Below, in pieces: positions 1-15,395 of a stretch of DNA of 64,000 bases; the stretch's first letter is position 1; each line of letters starts with the position of its first letter. Source of the DNA: the human T2T-CHM13v2.0 reference genome, Homo sapiens; the NCBI RefSeq assembly GCF_009914755.1, contig NC_060930.1; one strand, written 5' to 3'. A model generated the notes under the pieces. It worked only from the letters and a program-made list of their open reading frames with translations, did no database searches and was not told the DNA's origin. The translations under genes and the position numbers were made by a program.

Positions 1-613
1 CCATTCTATTGGAGGCAAATAGAAGGATTCCTAAAATAGTTTAGTAGCTTCCAGACTTCCAACTATTTTTTAGTTTGGAAACTTTTTGACAAGTTTTAAT
101 ATATTTACTTCCATTTGTTTATGCTGACCAGATAATAATATTCTAGCATCAAAATATGCCAAATCATTAAACATCTTAAGTAGATTTTCTTCAAATGGAG
201 AAACACCAAATAATTTTTTAAAGTTTTAGTTCTTGAAAACAGAAATCTTGATATTTATTTCATCAGGAGACTAAGAGATGTGAATGACAGCATTTCATAG
301 GATATCTGACAACCCTGGTGTAGGTAAAAGGCAAAGAGGCAGGAATTAAGTTGGAAATTGAGAAAAGACTGTGAATAATGGCAAGCAAATTGTGAGCAAA
401 GAAGAAAACTAAAATATTGCTCAAATTTATGTGACCAAAAAATAATGACACTAATAATCAAAATAGAATACCTAGAAAACTGATCTGAGTTAAAGATTGG
501 GATACATATTATGAATCCCTTTTAAAATTTTAACATTGAAATAACAAAGTGTTTTCTAAATTGGCATACTATAATAAATAAAAATTGTAGGTCCCAAACT
601 CTGTATTTCTAGG

Positions 614-978
614 TGATAGGGTTTGGCTGTGTCTCCACTCAAACCTCATCTTGAATTGTAGCTCCCATAATTCCCATGTGTCATGGGAGGGACACAGAGG
701 GAGGTAATTAAATCATGGGGGCAGGTCATGCCCCAAACTGTTCTCATGTTTGTGAATAAGTCTCACTAAACCTGATGGTTTTATAAATGAGAGTTTCCCT
801 GCACAAGCTCTTTCTTGCCTGCTGCCATGTGAGACATGTCTTGCTTTCCCTTTGCCTTCTGCCATGACTGTGAGGCCTCCCACCCATGTGGAACTGTGAG
901 TCAATTAAACCTCTTTCCTTTATAAATTACCCAGTCTTGGGTATGTCTTTATTAGTATTGTGAGAATGTACTAATAGA
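614..978 (+). mobile_element. THE1-family (ERVL-MaLR) solo LTR
   Basis: Starts TGATAGGGTTTGGCTGTGTC, contains GAGTCAATTAAACCTCTTTCCTTTATAAATTACCCAGTC, ends CTAATAGA; 5-bp TSD CTAGG/CTGGG. Confidence 0.9.
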
Positions 979-1044
979 CTGGGTACGATTAAGAATGCTA
1001 GTATTTGAAATTATGAGAATGACAAGCAATAAGAAAAACAAAGA

Positions 1045-1600
1045 TGCATTTATACGTTTACAAATATTTACTGAGAACCCACTCTGTGAGGACACTCTTC
1101 CAGGTGCTGAGCAACACAACTATTAAAAACAAGAAGACAATCTAAATCCTCAAGAAATTTTATATTTCAGAGATAAAGTCAGATATTAAGCAAATGAGAT
1201 TAATTATATTTGCTAAAATAAATGAATTTCTGAGATAAAAATAATGGGGATAGGGGACACTCAGGGAAAGCCTTGAAAGATGAGAAAGAAACAGTTATGC
1301 ACAGAGCAGAGAGAAGGGGAAAGGCCTCAGGGGAAAGGCTCAGTACAGCAAACTCCGAAAGCACCAAGGAACTCACTTTGTGGAAGGGGATAGGAAGCCA
1401 AAATGTTGGGAATGGCATGATCATTATGAGCAAGAAGGAGTTGGAAGATATAAAATAATCATAGTTAGGTTTGGAAGGAAAAATAGCAGGCACATTTTGC
1501 AGGTACTTGCAGGCTTTTTTAAAAGATTAATTTTAAGTGCAAGGTGCTGAGCTTACCTAGTAAGACAAATGACTTTAAAAGTTCAATCTGGCTTCTGCAT
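1045..1600 (-). mobile_element. L2 LINE 3' fragment
   Basis: CAAATATTTACTGAGAACCCACTCTGTG...CCAGGTGCTGAG resembles the reverse complement of the L2 3' end, followed by purine-rich L2-like sequence; boundaries approximate. Confidence 0.6.
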
Positions 1601-1608
1601 TACAGTTA

Positions 1609-1973
1609 TGCTATGATCCAAATGCTCCTATCTCCACAAAATTCATATGTTGAAATTCTAACCTGCAAGGCAACAGTTTCTGGAGATGGGACCGTTGGGA
1701 GGTGACTGAGTCATGAAGGTAAAGACCTCATGCTCGGGATTAGTGCCCTTATAAAACAGACAACAGCGAGCTGACCAACCCCTTCTACCCTGTACAAACA
1801 CAGCAAGAAGGTGTCATCTATGATCCAGGAGAAAGGTCCTCACCAGACACCGAATCTGCCAGCACCTCAATCTTGAACTTTCCGGCTCCAGAACTGTGAA
1901 AAATAAATGACTGTGGTTTGTAAGCTGCCATTTCAAAGCTATTTTGTTACAGCCGCCCAAACTGATGAAAACA
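1609..1973 (+). mobile_element. MLT1A-type MaLR LTR
   Basis: AAAATTCATATGTTGAAATTCTAACC, GGGATTAGTGCCCTTATAAAA, CTCACCAGACACCGAATCTGCCAGCACC, CCAGAACTGTGAAAAATAAA. Confidence 0.8.
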
Positions 1974-3111
1974 GGTGGATCCTGGAGGGGCAAAAATGTA
2001 TACGAGGACAAAAATGAGGAAATTATTGAAATATTTATACAAAAGAGAATATTGGCTTTGAATATGTGATCACAACAAACTCATCTCTTTAATCATACAC
2101 ACTGAGAACAGGGTCTGAGACCTGTTGTATAATTTAAAGTATTGGGTCAGTCTGAGGAAGACAAGCAATAGATGAATAAGGTGAAGAGGGTTAATCAGAG
2201 AAGCAAGAAGTACGTTTATTGAAAAAATGCCCCTTAGAACCCAAGGAAGAGGAGAAGTTGAAGTAAATAAAATCCCTTCCTGTGGTAGCCAGGGCTGGAA
2301 CAATGGTGATGAGGTTTCCAAGGAAAGCATGGATTTAATTCGTATCATTATATAAAATTATTGGAAACTGATAAACCTGAATTAAAATGCTTCTCTAGCA
2401 TACAAATCTGCCAATAATTTAAATCTAGAATATTTTCTCTGTCCCACTCTACATTCAGTTACACTTTCCTTCTGGACCACAACATGCAGGAGTAAGTGGA
2501 CTGCAAATTCCAGAACATCTCATCCACCACGTTAGAAAAAAGAGCCAGATACAGAGTGTAACATAATTTGGTCATCTTTAGACTCCAAGCCCTGTATCAT
2601 GTTGCATGAGTCACAGTAGATTAAACACTACGTAAAGTTCAGTTTATATTAATATGGGAGAGAGTAAATAAAGATAATGTCACTAACGAAGTTCTCATGC
2701 AAACATATTAGCCACAGGTAATTGTAATATAACTTCATTGCTCAAATAGCTGAAGGATACTCATGCTTTTATTTTTAAAATGAGCTTTTTACCTTAGAAC
2801 AGCTTAAAACGTACAGAAAAATTGTGAAGATAGTACAGAGTTTTCATACGACCCATATCAAGTTTCCTCTATTACTAATACCTTATATTAGTACGGTACA
2901 TTTATACAATTAATGAACAAATATCAATGCATTATATTAACTAAAGTCCATACTTTATTTGTATTCCCTTGGTTTTTACCTAATGTTCTTTCCCTGTTCC
3001 AGTGTTCCATCCAGGATACCATATTGCATGTAGTTGTCATGCCTTCTTAAGCTCTGATTGGCTGTGACAGTTTCTCAGAATACCCTTGTTTTTAAAAATC
3101 TTGGTAGTTAT

Positions 3112-3392
3112 GGCCGGGCACGGTGGCTCACGCCTGTAATCCTAGCACTTTGGGAGGCCGAGGCGGGCGGATCACGAGGTCAGGAGATCGAGACCATCCT
3201 GGCTAACACGGTGAAATCCTGTCTCTACTAAAAATACAAAAAATTAGCCAGGCGTGGTGGCGGGCGCCTGGGGAGGCTGAGCCAGAAGAATGGCGTGAAC
3301 CCGGGAGGCGGAGCTTGCAGTGAGGCGAGATCGCGCCACTGCACTCCAGCCTGGGCGACAGAGCAAGACTAGGTCTCAAAAAAAAAAAAAAA
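3112..3392 (+). mobile_element. AluY with a 15-bp right-arm deletion
   Basis: AluY diagnostics GAGATCGAGACCATCCTGGCTAACACGG and GAATGGCGTGAACCCGGGAGGCGGAGCTTGC; TAGTCCCAGCTACTC missing after 3270; TSD AAAAATCTTGGTAGTTA on both sides. Confidence 0.95.
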
Positions 3393-5057
3393 TCTTGGTA
3401 GTTAGGAGGCGTTGATCGGGTATTTTGTATAAAGTTCCTGAATATGGATCTGTCTAATGTTTCTGTCAAGATTAGACCAGGGTTATAGGTTTCTGAATGA
3501 AGACCCTAGAGATAAAATGCCATTCTCATCATATCATATCAATGGTATAAACTATGGACATGACCTATCACTGCTGATATTGACCATGATCACCTGGCTG
3601 CAGTGGCATCTGTCAAGTGTCTCCACTGTAGAGTTACTTCCCTTCCACTCCACACTGTGCCGTTTGAAAGGACGTCTCCATGCACCGCCCACACTTAAGG
3701 AATCAAGAGTTATGCTCAACCTCATTGAATAAAGATTACCTATACAGATTATTCAAAATTCTTCTGTATGGGGAATTTGTTCATTATCTTGTATTTATCA
3801 ATTTATTCAATAACTTATTTTTATCAGTATGAAATCATGGCTTTTTATTTTAAATTTGGGTTGCCATCCAATTCTACTCATTTTTGTTTGTTTGTTCAAT
3901 CTTTCCCATTTTGACGTGGGGACTCTTCCAGGTGGCTCTGCGTCTCTTTGACATCCCCCTATTATGGTAGGTTTGGGTTTTCTCCTTTTTTGTTATTTTT
4001 CATTTTTAGCACTGCCTTAACTCTGGCACTACCAGATGCACTGTGTTTCTATTGTATTGTTTCTGCCCCATTTCTGGAATCAGCCATTTTTGTAAGAAGC
4101 TCTGGTTCCTTTTCCTGGAGAATGCTACTAGAAACTAAGGTCTGACACTAGGTGTGCTTGCTAATATAGGTGAGTTATTGCTTTCAGGCCCCCTCGACTG
4201 ACAAAGCAAGGGTATGTGTGTGTGTACTATTCTGTGTATGTACATATCTGTGAATTTTTATATGTAATTATCTGCATCTGTATTATGCTAAACATGAGTT
4301 CATACTGATGTCTCCAACTAATCCATTACCACATGGATCATTCTAGCCTCCACTTCTAACTTATATATAATCTTCCATCCCAATAGCAAGAAACCTGGTT
4401 TTCATCATCAGCTATCCAATTAACTAGTATCCAATTCAGTATACCTGTATTACAGTATCAGAGTTGTTATCTTGTGGGAAGCAACTTTACCAACTAGAGT
4501 ACAGTGTTTACATGAAGTTGCTCATGACTTTAGTTTTACAGACTACTGATTTCCAAACTTACTTAGGTAAGCACTTTTTCCGCTATCACTTCAGTCATAC
4601 AGTTTGATACATTTGTAATACAGTTAGATTTTTTCACATTCTGCATTACATTCTGGAGGTCCCCAATCTCCTAAATTATACTTTTAAAATTTGCACACAT
4701 TAAGGTGCACTGTTTATGCTACAAAGCTCAGTGGGTTTTGACTACCACATATTCACCATTACAGTATCATGAAGAATAGTTTCATTGCTCTAATAAATCC
4801 CCTGAACTTCATCTCTTTAATATATTTCCTTTCTCCCACCCCCAACACCCCCAAGCCCCTGGAAACCACTATCTTTTTTTAAAATCATCACTATAGTTTT
4901 GTCTTTTTTGGACTGTCATCTATGAAGTATATAGACTTTCCAGACTAGCTTCTTTCATTTAGCAATGTGCATCTTCATACAAGTCTTTTCATGGCTTGAT
5001 AGCTTCTTTTTATTACTGAATAATATTTTATTGTATGAACACACCATGATATATTTA

Positions 5058-5221
5058 TGAATTTACCTACTGAAGGACATCTTGGTTGTTCCAGTTTTTG
5101 GTGATTATGAATAAAACTGCTATAAATATTCACAATTTATGTGAATTTACCTACTGAAGGACATCTTGGTTGTTCCAGTTTTTGGTGATTATGATTAAAA
5201 CTGCTATACATATTCATAATT
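5058..5221. repeat. Two-copy tandem duplication, period 84 bp, inside the old L1
   Basis: TGAATTTACCTACTGAAGGACATCTTGGTTGTTCCAGTTTTTGGTGATTATGA... at 5058 and 5142; 3 mismatches seen. Confidence 0.95.
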
Positions 5222-5613
5222 CAATTTTAGTATAAAAACATGTTTTCAAATCCTTGGCTAAAGAACAAAGAGTATAAAAGTTGGATTGCATAAAGACAGT
5301 ATTAACTGTCTGTCAAACTGTCTTGAAAAGTGATTGTACAATTTTGCATTCCCACCAGCAATGAATGAGATTTCCTGTTGCTCTACGTCCTCACTAGCAT
5401 TTGGTAATGTTAGTGATTAGGATTTTGGCCACTCTAATAGATGTTTAGTAATATATCATCTTTCTTTCAATTTGCAATTCCTTAATGACAAATAATGTTG
5501 AGCATCTTTTCATATGATTATTTTCCATCTGCCTGTCTTCTTTGATGAGATTTCTGTTCACATCTTTTGGTTTCTTCTTAGTTTTAGACATTTTTTGTAT
5601 ATTTTGAACACAA

Positions 5614-5909
5614 TTTTTTTCTTTTTTGAGAGATAGGATCTTGCTCTCACCTAGGATGGAGTTCAGTGGCACAATCATAGCTCACTGTAGCCTCCAACTT
5701 CTGGGCTCAAGTGATCCTCCTACCTCATACTCCTGAGGAATTAGCACCATAGGCATATGCCACCGTGTCTATTATTTTTTAAAATTCTTTGTAAAGATTG
5801 TTTCTCACTTTGTTGCCCAGGCTGGTCTCAAACTCCTGGCTTCAAGTGATCCTCCTGCTTTGGCTTCCTGAAGTGCTGGGATTACAAGCATGATCCACCA
5901 CACCTGGCC
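5614..5909 (-). mobile_element. AluJ
   Basis: CACAATCATAGCTCACTGTAGCCTCC...CTGGGCTCAAGTGATCCTCC (J-type diagnostics), diverged. Confidence 0.85.
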
Positions 5910-8900
5910 CAATATCTTTATCATATATGTATATTGTGATTTTCTCTCTCCGTCAGTTATTTATTTTTTCATTTTCTTAAGAGTGCACTTAGAAGAGCAC
6001 AGGTTTTTTATTGTAATTTGGTACAATCTATCAATGTTTTTCTTTGTAGATTGTATTTTTGCTGTTAGATCTAAAACAAATAAACAAACCTAGTTCTCTT
6101 ACATTTTCCCTATGCTTTCTAGAAGTTTTGTATTTTTGCACTTTACATTTATATCCAGGAATCATTTATATTTGATATTTGTAAAAGGTGTAAGCTTTCA
6201 TTTTTTTGCTTATGAACAGCCAATTTTTCCAGCAGCACTTATTGAAAAGTTTATTCTTTTTTCATTGAATTGCCTTTGGTCCTTGACATTATTTGTGGCA
6301 GTTCATTTCTGGGATCTCTGCTCTGTCCCATTGATCTATGTGTCTATGTGTTCACCATTTATATGCTCTCTTGATCATTGTAACATTATAGGAAATGTTG
6401 AAATAGGGTGGGGTTGCTCCTCCAATGTTCTTCTTTGATATTGTAGTGGCTGTTCTAGGTCTTTTGCCTTTACCATATAAACATGAGAATGAGTTTACTG
6501 GTATCTACAAAGTTACATGCTGATATTTTGATTAGAATTTCATTGAATACATAGATCAAGTTGGCAACTAATAATATCCTAACAATATTGAGACTTACAA
6601 TTCATTGATACAAAACATCTCTCCATTTATTCATACCTTTAATGATTTTCATCATCAGAGTTTTGTAGTTTTTTTCACATATAAATTCTGTATATATTTT
6701 GTGAGATGTATAACCAAATATTTCATTTGGTAATGATATGGTGGTGCAAATTTTATTGTTTAAATTTTAAACTCCAAGTATTCATTGTTAGTATAGAGTA
6801 AACTAATTTACTTTATAATCCTGTGACCTTGCTATACTTGCTTGCTAGTCCCAGGGATTGATTTATGTGTGAGTGTGTGTCTGTGTGTGTTTAGTAATTT
6901 CTTTGAATTTTTGTACATAGATTATCATGTAATGTACAAACAAAAATTTATTTCTTTTCAATATACACAACTTTTATTTCCTTTTCTTATCTCCAGTACA
7001 AAGCTGAATAGGAGCATTGAAAGTGGATGTCTTTGGTATATTCCCATTCTTAAGGGGAGACACCTAGTTTCTAAATATTAAGATAATTTTTGCTGTAAGA
7101 TTTTTGTAAGTATTTTTTATCAAGTTGATTAAATTTATGTGTATATCTAGTTTGCTGAGTTTCTATCATGAATCAATATTGGATTTTGTCAAATGCCTTT
7201 TTTTATCTACTGATATGATCATACAACACTTTTTCTCTTCTCTAGCCTGTTGATGTGGTAGATTACATTGATTGATATTTGAATGCTGAACTAGTCTTGC
7301 ATCTCTGGAATATCTCCCACATGGTCATATTCTTTGTATACATCATTCAGCTTGATTTGCAGTTTTGCTAAGGATTTTTACATCTTTGTTCATAAGCTAT
7401 ATTAGTCTGCTGTTTTCTTTCATTTTAATGCATTTATCTGATGTTGATAGTGGAGAAATGGTTGCCTTGATCAAAGAGTTAAGTATGTGTCTCTTTTTCT
7501 GGAGAGTCTATGGAAAATTAGTATAATTTTTTTCTTCAATATTTAGTAGAATTTACCAGTAAAAATATCTGGCCTAGTGCTTTTTTTTGAAAATTTACTA
7601 ATTATTCATTCAATTTCATAATAGGTGTTTCAAATAGACCTGCTCATATTACCAGTTTCTCCTTGTGGGTGTATGGAAGTTTGTGTCTGTCAAAAAATTG
7701 ATCCTTCTCATCTAAGTTACCAAATTTTTCGGCATAGAATTTTTCAAAGTATTCCTTTATTATCCTTGTAATGTCAATATAATCAGTAGAGAAAATACCT
7801 CTTTCATTTCATACATAGGTAATTTGTGTATTCTCAGTTTTATTGATATTTTCAAATAATCAGCTCTAGGTTTTGTTGATTTGCTCTATTTTCATCCTGT
7901 TTCAATTTACTTGATCTCTGTTCTAATTCTCACCAATCATATTCTGCATCTCTCAGGGTTACGATGATCCACTTTCTCTACTTCCCTCAGCTATAATTTT
8001 GGATTATTAATTTTAGATCTCTCTTCTTTTCTAATATATGCATTTAATGCTATATGTTTTTCTCTGGGTACTGCTTTTGATGCAGTCCACGAACTCTGAT
8101 GTTTTATTTTCACTGTCATTTAGCTCAAAAAATTATTTCTCTTAAGATTTCTTCTTTAACCTGGGTGTTATTTAGAAGTATGTCATTTAATCTTTAAATC
8201 TGAAGATTTCTCAATTATTTCTGTTACACAAGTCTTTGTTAAATTCCATTGCTGAGAATTTATATAATTCTTTTAAAAAAATTGGTAGGATATGTTTTCT
8301 CATCTAGAATGTTGTCTATACTAATGAATGTTTTATGAGGCCTCAAGAGGGCTGTGCATCCTACCAATATTGAATGAATTATTCTATAAATTTCAATTAA
8401 ATCAAATTGATTGATGGTACTGATCAGATCAACTATATCTTTACTGGTTTTCTGTCGACTTGACCTATTAATTGCTGGAACAGGTGTTTACAACTCCATG
8501 TATAACAGTGGATTTGTCTATTTTTATTACAGTTCTATCAGGTTTGGCCTCATGTATTTTGATGGTCTGTTGCTAGGCGCATACACCTTTAAAATTATTA
8601 TCACTTCTTGGAAAACTGACCACTTTATCATAATGCATTTCCCTCTGTATCCTTGATATATTTTCTTGTTCTGAAGACTGCTATGTCCGCAATTAATATA
8701 GTTACTCTGGCTTTAAAAAAATTGGGCTGGGACACGTATCTTTGTCTATCCCTTTACCTTAAATTGATCTATGTCTTTATAATTAAGATGGACTTATTTT
8801 GGACAATACATAGTTTGTCCTTGTGTTTATTTTTATTTATCTACTCTGACAGTCTCTTTTAGTTGGTATATTTAGATCATTCACATCTAAAGTGATTATT

Positions 8901-9605
8901 GATATATTTATATTAATATGTACTATGTTTCTATTCAGTGCCCTTGGTCTTTATTTTTTATCTTCCCCAATTATCTGATTTTGCTAGTTTTAATCAAGAA
9001 TTTTATATGATTCCATTTTCTCTCTCCTCTTTCAACATATCAATTATACCTTTTATAACAAATTAGTAGCTACTTAGAGTTTATAATATACATTTACAAC
9101 TAATTTAACTCCACTTTCAAATAACGCTATACCACTTATTGAGTAATACAGGTACCTTATAACCAAGTACTCTTAACTCCTCTATCCCATCCTTTATAAT
9201 GTTCTGGTAATCATTCCACTTACCTTTGTACTATCATCACACAACACATTGGTATTATTATTACGTTAACCAAGCAGTCTGGGATTACTAGAATTAGGTC
9301 TTTAAGAATAAGAAAATGAAAGATCGTTTTTCCCTCTACTTATTCATTCTTTGATGCTTTTCGTTTCCTTATATAGACCTCATTCTGTGACCTGTATCAT
9401 TTTCTTTCTCGTTGAAAATATTTTTGAATATCTCTTTCAGTGTAGTCTCCTGGCAATGAATTTTCTCAGTTTTTGTTTGTCCAAGAAATTCTTTATCTCT
9501 CTTTCACTTTTGAAGTATAATTTTGCTTGATATAGAAATCTAGGTTGTTGAGGTATTTTTTCCTTTTTTTCTTTTAATACTTTAAAACATTTTCAGTATC
9601 CTCTT

Positions 9606-9911
<306 letters not shown>

Positions 9912-12284
9912 CATTTTCAGTATCCTCTTACTTGCATGTTTTCTGATGAGAAGTCCAATATAATTTTTTTTATATATAGATAACGTTTTATATTTCTCCG
10001 ATGTATTCCATATTTTCTCCTTGTCATTGGTTTTCTGATGTTTGAACATATTATGTGTAGGTGTAAAATGTCTGGTATTTGGCCTGAATAGTGTTCTTTG
10101 AGTTTCTGGTTTTGAGGTATAATGTCTGTGAATAATCTTGGAAAATTCTGGCCCTTATTACTTAAGAGTAGTTTCTACACTCTGTAAGATTTTTCTTCTT
10201 CTTCTCATGCTCCAATTACCATATGTTACTTTCCCACAGCTCCTGCATATTCTCTTTATAATTATTTTCTCTCTTTGCATTTCAGTTTGGGAAGTTTATA
10301 TTGACATATCTTCAAGCTCACTAATTATTTCCTCATCTATGACAAGTTTATTGGTGAGCTCACCCTTTACTTTTATATCTCTACCATATTAAAACCATAT
10401 TAAAATATTTTTAGCATTCCTGTCTTTCCACTTACTTTATTCTTTGTTCTTGGATATTGTCTGGTTTTGTTTTTTGTTTTTTTTTTGTTTTTTTTGTTTT
10501 CACAAAAGTCCTTAACATATTAATCACAATTATTTTAAATTCTCTGTCTGATAATTTCAACATCTGTGTTTGGTTCTGATGTTTGTCCTGTCTTTAGATT
10601 ATGTCTTCCCTTGCTGTTAGTGTATCTTGTAATTTTTCAGTGAAGCCCAGACACAAAGTACCCGGTAATAGGATCTGAGGTATTGTTTACTTCACTAATG
10701 GCAAGGAATTGGGCTGTGTTTAATTTATGATGTAGCTGTAGGTCCCAAAGATCTCAAATTCGTGTAGTGTCTTTGTCTGCCTGTTGACTCCGGGCTTCCC
10801 TAAGTACTCTTCCTCAGAGAGACTTGGCACTTCGCAGCTCTTTCAGCTGTAGTCCACTGTTAACCAACTGAAGCTCTCTCTGTTGGTGTGGTGGCATGGC
10901 CTGGAAACAGAAAGCATCCTATAATCTCATGATTAAATCTCAGTCTGTCCTTGGATTTGAGTCTCTGGACCATGACCTTCAAAATTGTTTCTTAGCCTCC
11001 ACCTTCCTGAAGTGTTCCTACCAGCTTATGTCTCTGGCATTTATGCTCCAGGTAAGTCTGTTTCAGCTGTAACTCTAGATTCTCCTGTTTCTCCAGATTT
11101 TTGGGTGGTAATCTGCCCTGGGATCTCACTTTTTCGAGGAATCCAATAAAAGTTCCTAACATTCGCTTTGTTAAGCCTTTTCTTTTCATAAGGTTAAGAG
11201 TAGAAACTTCCACACTCTCTACATTTTAAAGCTGAAACTGGAAGTTCTAGCAGTCTTACTTTTTTAAAAGAAATTAGCTCTAACTTTACCATGCACTGTG
11301 CCCATTCCAATTTACCAGGGAATGTATAATTTTGTAACAAAGAAAATTACCACAGTATCACATAACTTCACTTTCCCAGAATACCTAAAAGACTTCACTT
11401 TTCCTTCTGATAGTAGGAATGGGTTTTCATCTTTATTAGATTAATATGTCTTTGGGGGAATAAAATAATCGTCTACAAAACGGAAAACTAGATGTAAACA
11501 TGCAGTGCTTAAAATTGACACTGAATGTACGATCGGGCTGACCAATATTAACTATGACAGCACAGGAAAGATGAGGAGGGACAAAAACCAGCGACTAGAA
11601 ACATTTCCTGGTGTGCAACAGACATGAGAGGGGAAGCGGCTCAGTCATGTTGGCAGATGAGCTCTCCAAAGAATCTGATAAAAAAGGAACAGCAGTTCAG
11701 TCAGTATCAGAGATTCCAACCCAGTTTACTGTTTTGTGTGAAGTTAGATGAGCAGCAGGTGATTTCACCAATGGCATGAAGGAAGACCAGCCTCAGGGCT
11801 CCACACAGGGTTAAGGTTCAGGCCCAGAATTCAGTCTGGATTGCAGGGGAAGCATTTATTTAGTGTGAGGCACATCCACATTGTAGAAAGGCTTGGAGAC
11901 CAGAAAACATTTTAGCTCAGGACAAGTAGGCAGAAAAGCAAATCTGAGAGTTGGATAAATAGACTCAGCTCCACTTAAATCAAATCCTATGCTTTTCAGC
12001 GAGATATAACAAATGTCTTCCACATATGGCTACAATTAATCATGGAAATGGTGTGAGACTCATCTCATAAATATTAGATCATGTGGCCCCAGGGATAAAA
12101 AAAAAATAAGACTATAGAGACTGAGGAATAGTGCCTGGTAATAAATATGAATAGGTGTTTTTACGCCTTTCACTGTATCAGTTCAGAGAAAGAGAGAGAG
12201 AGTTGCCTTTTTCCTAACATTATTTTGTCATCTGATGTGTCTTTTGGCTCTTTGTACTATGTTTTAATATGACTCAGCAAGCTA

Positions 12285-12626
<342 letters not shown>

Positions 12627-12645
12627 TCATAAATCCATGACTTCA

Positions 12646-13089
<444 letters not shown>

Positions 13090-13479
13090 TTATTGAAGAG
13101 TTTAAGTTAGAAAGCATTGATCTGAGGAAACAATTGCATTTTCTTTCATTTAGGAATCACCTAATTAAAAATAATACCTAACTAATAATTCAAATTAAAA
13201 CTAGTACCAATGGAACATATTTTATCCGAGATCAAACTCAGACAAGAAAAGAACTAGAAATAGCATCCACATCCTAATTTATCTTCTTCCAAAAATTTTA
13301 AAGTGAAAATAAAACTTCACAGCAATATAACATGACCAAGCTGATTTGAATGAATTTACTGATCAAATGAAATCAAATCAACTGATTTTCTCAATGAAAA
13401 AAATTATTTTATTTTTTCAAAGTAAGAGAAAAAATTATTTAATCCTTTCTTATGAATTAGGTCTTATATGCTACTGTAT

Positions 13480-13650
13480 GCTTTTATATATTTTATTTCA
13501 GATGATTTTCACAAAAATCTTGAAAAATAAGTATTATTCCCATTTTACAGACAAAATAACTGATTTTGATTGCAAAGCTTCTTCTCAATTTTATACAGAA
13601 AGTGAGTTAAAGCAGGTTTATATATTCAAATCTAACTGCTTGAATATAAA
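13480..13650 (-). mobile_element. MIR fragment
   Basis: TATTATTCCCATTTTACAGAC core resembles the reverse complement of the MIR core. Confidence 0.55.
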
Positions 13651-14019
13651 GTCTTCTCTTGGTCTTAATAAAATATTACTTTCAAAGAAACCAGGGACTA
13701 ATACCATTAGCAAAGTAACCAAAGTAAATCAAGTTAATCTGCATAGCATCCCCAAAACATCTTTTTCAAATTCATGAATAATGAATACTCAGAAACAGAT
13801 TAAAATGACATGTAAAATTAACAATGACAGACAACCTAATTCAAGCATAAAATAAAAAGGACATTATATTATGGTAGATTAAGCTGCTTTAAGGCAAACT
13901 TAGTCAATTTCAACTCATGTACAATCCACTTTAAAAAATGACTGAAAAGATTATAACAATGTTTTAAAAGTACCTATAAATAAAAAAAGATATTAACATC
14001 TAAAAATCTGTAATTTAAA

Positions 14020-15395
14020 AAATATTTTATTGATACGTAATAGTACATACACATGGGGTACATTTGACATTTTGTGACATGTATACAATGTGTGATGATC
14101 AAGTCAAGTCATGATATCAATCGCCATGAGCATTTATCATTTCTATGCATTGCGAACATTTCAAGTCCTCACTTCCAGCTATTTTGAAATGTTCAATGTA
14201 TTGTTGTTAGCTATAGTCACCCTACTCTACTATGAAACACTAGAACATATTCATTCTATCTAACTGTGTGTTTGTACCCATTAACCAACCTCTCTTTATC
14301 CCCCCTCCACATATCCACATTCTTCCTGGCTTGTGGTAACTATCATCATACTCTCAACCTCCACGAAATCTACATTTTTAGCTCCCGTATATGAATAACT
14401 ACATGTGATATTTGTCTTTCTATGTCTAGCTTATTTCACTTAACACAATGACTTCTAGTTCTCTGAAAACCCCATATTGTTGCATACCATGGTTTCATTC
14501 TTTTGTGTGGACAAAATAGTATTCCTTTGTGTAAATATACCACATTTTCTTTATCCATTCATCCATTGGACACTGAGATTGATCCCATATCTTTGTTATT
14601 GTGAATAGTGCTGCAAAAACGTGGAGTGCATACATCCCTCTGATATACTGATGTCCTTTCGTTTGGATGAATATTCAGTAGTGGGACTGTTGAATTGTGT
14701 GGTCATTCTATTTTTAGTTTTTTTTTTTGAGAAACCTCCATACTGTTTTCTATAATGGCTGTACTAAGCTACATTCCCACCAAAGTGTATGAGAGTTCTC
14801 ATTTCTCTGCATCCTTGCCAGCGTCTGATATTTTTTTGTTTTTGATGATAGCTATTCTAATTGGGCTAAATTGACATCTCACTGTGGTTCTGATTTGCAT
14901 TCCTCTGATGATCAGTGACACTGAGCATGTTTTATATACTTGTTGGCCATCTCTATGTCTTTTTTTGAGACATATCTATTTATATCCTTTGTTCATTTTC
15001 ATTAGAATTGTTTATTTGCTTGTTTTGTTGTTGACTGCTTTGAGTTCTGTAAACATTCTGATGAAGAGTTTGCAAATATTTTATCCCATTCAACAGGTTG
15101 TCTCTTTGCTCTATGGATGGTTTCCTTTGGTGTGCAGATTTTCAGTTTAAATAAGACTCATTTGTCTATTGTTGTTTTTGTTGTATATGCTTCTGGGGTC
15201 TTATTGGCCACAAAATTTTTGCCTAGACCAATGTCCTGGTCCTGTAGTGCTTCTGCTATGTTATCTTCTAGTAGTTTTACAGTTTTGGGTCTTACATTTA
15301 AGTCTTTAATCCATTTTTATTTGGCTTTTTATATGGTGAGAGATAGGGGTCTAGATAAACATTTCTGTATATAGATAACCAGTTTTCCCAACCAC
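14020..15395 (-). mobile_element. L1MA-type element, 3' portion
   Basis: L1MA 3' UTR (GTATACAATGTGTGATGATCAAGTC, CTATAGTCACCCTACTCTACTATGAAACACTAGAAC) and ORF2 3' end, to CCAGTTTTCCCAACCACCA. Confidence 0.85.

Noticed and set aside
13346-13777. 143-aa ORF
   Set aside because: AT-rich, non-ATG start, overlaps a MIR fragment, no domain recognised.
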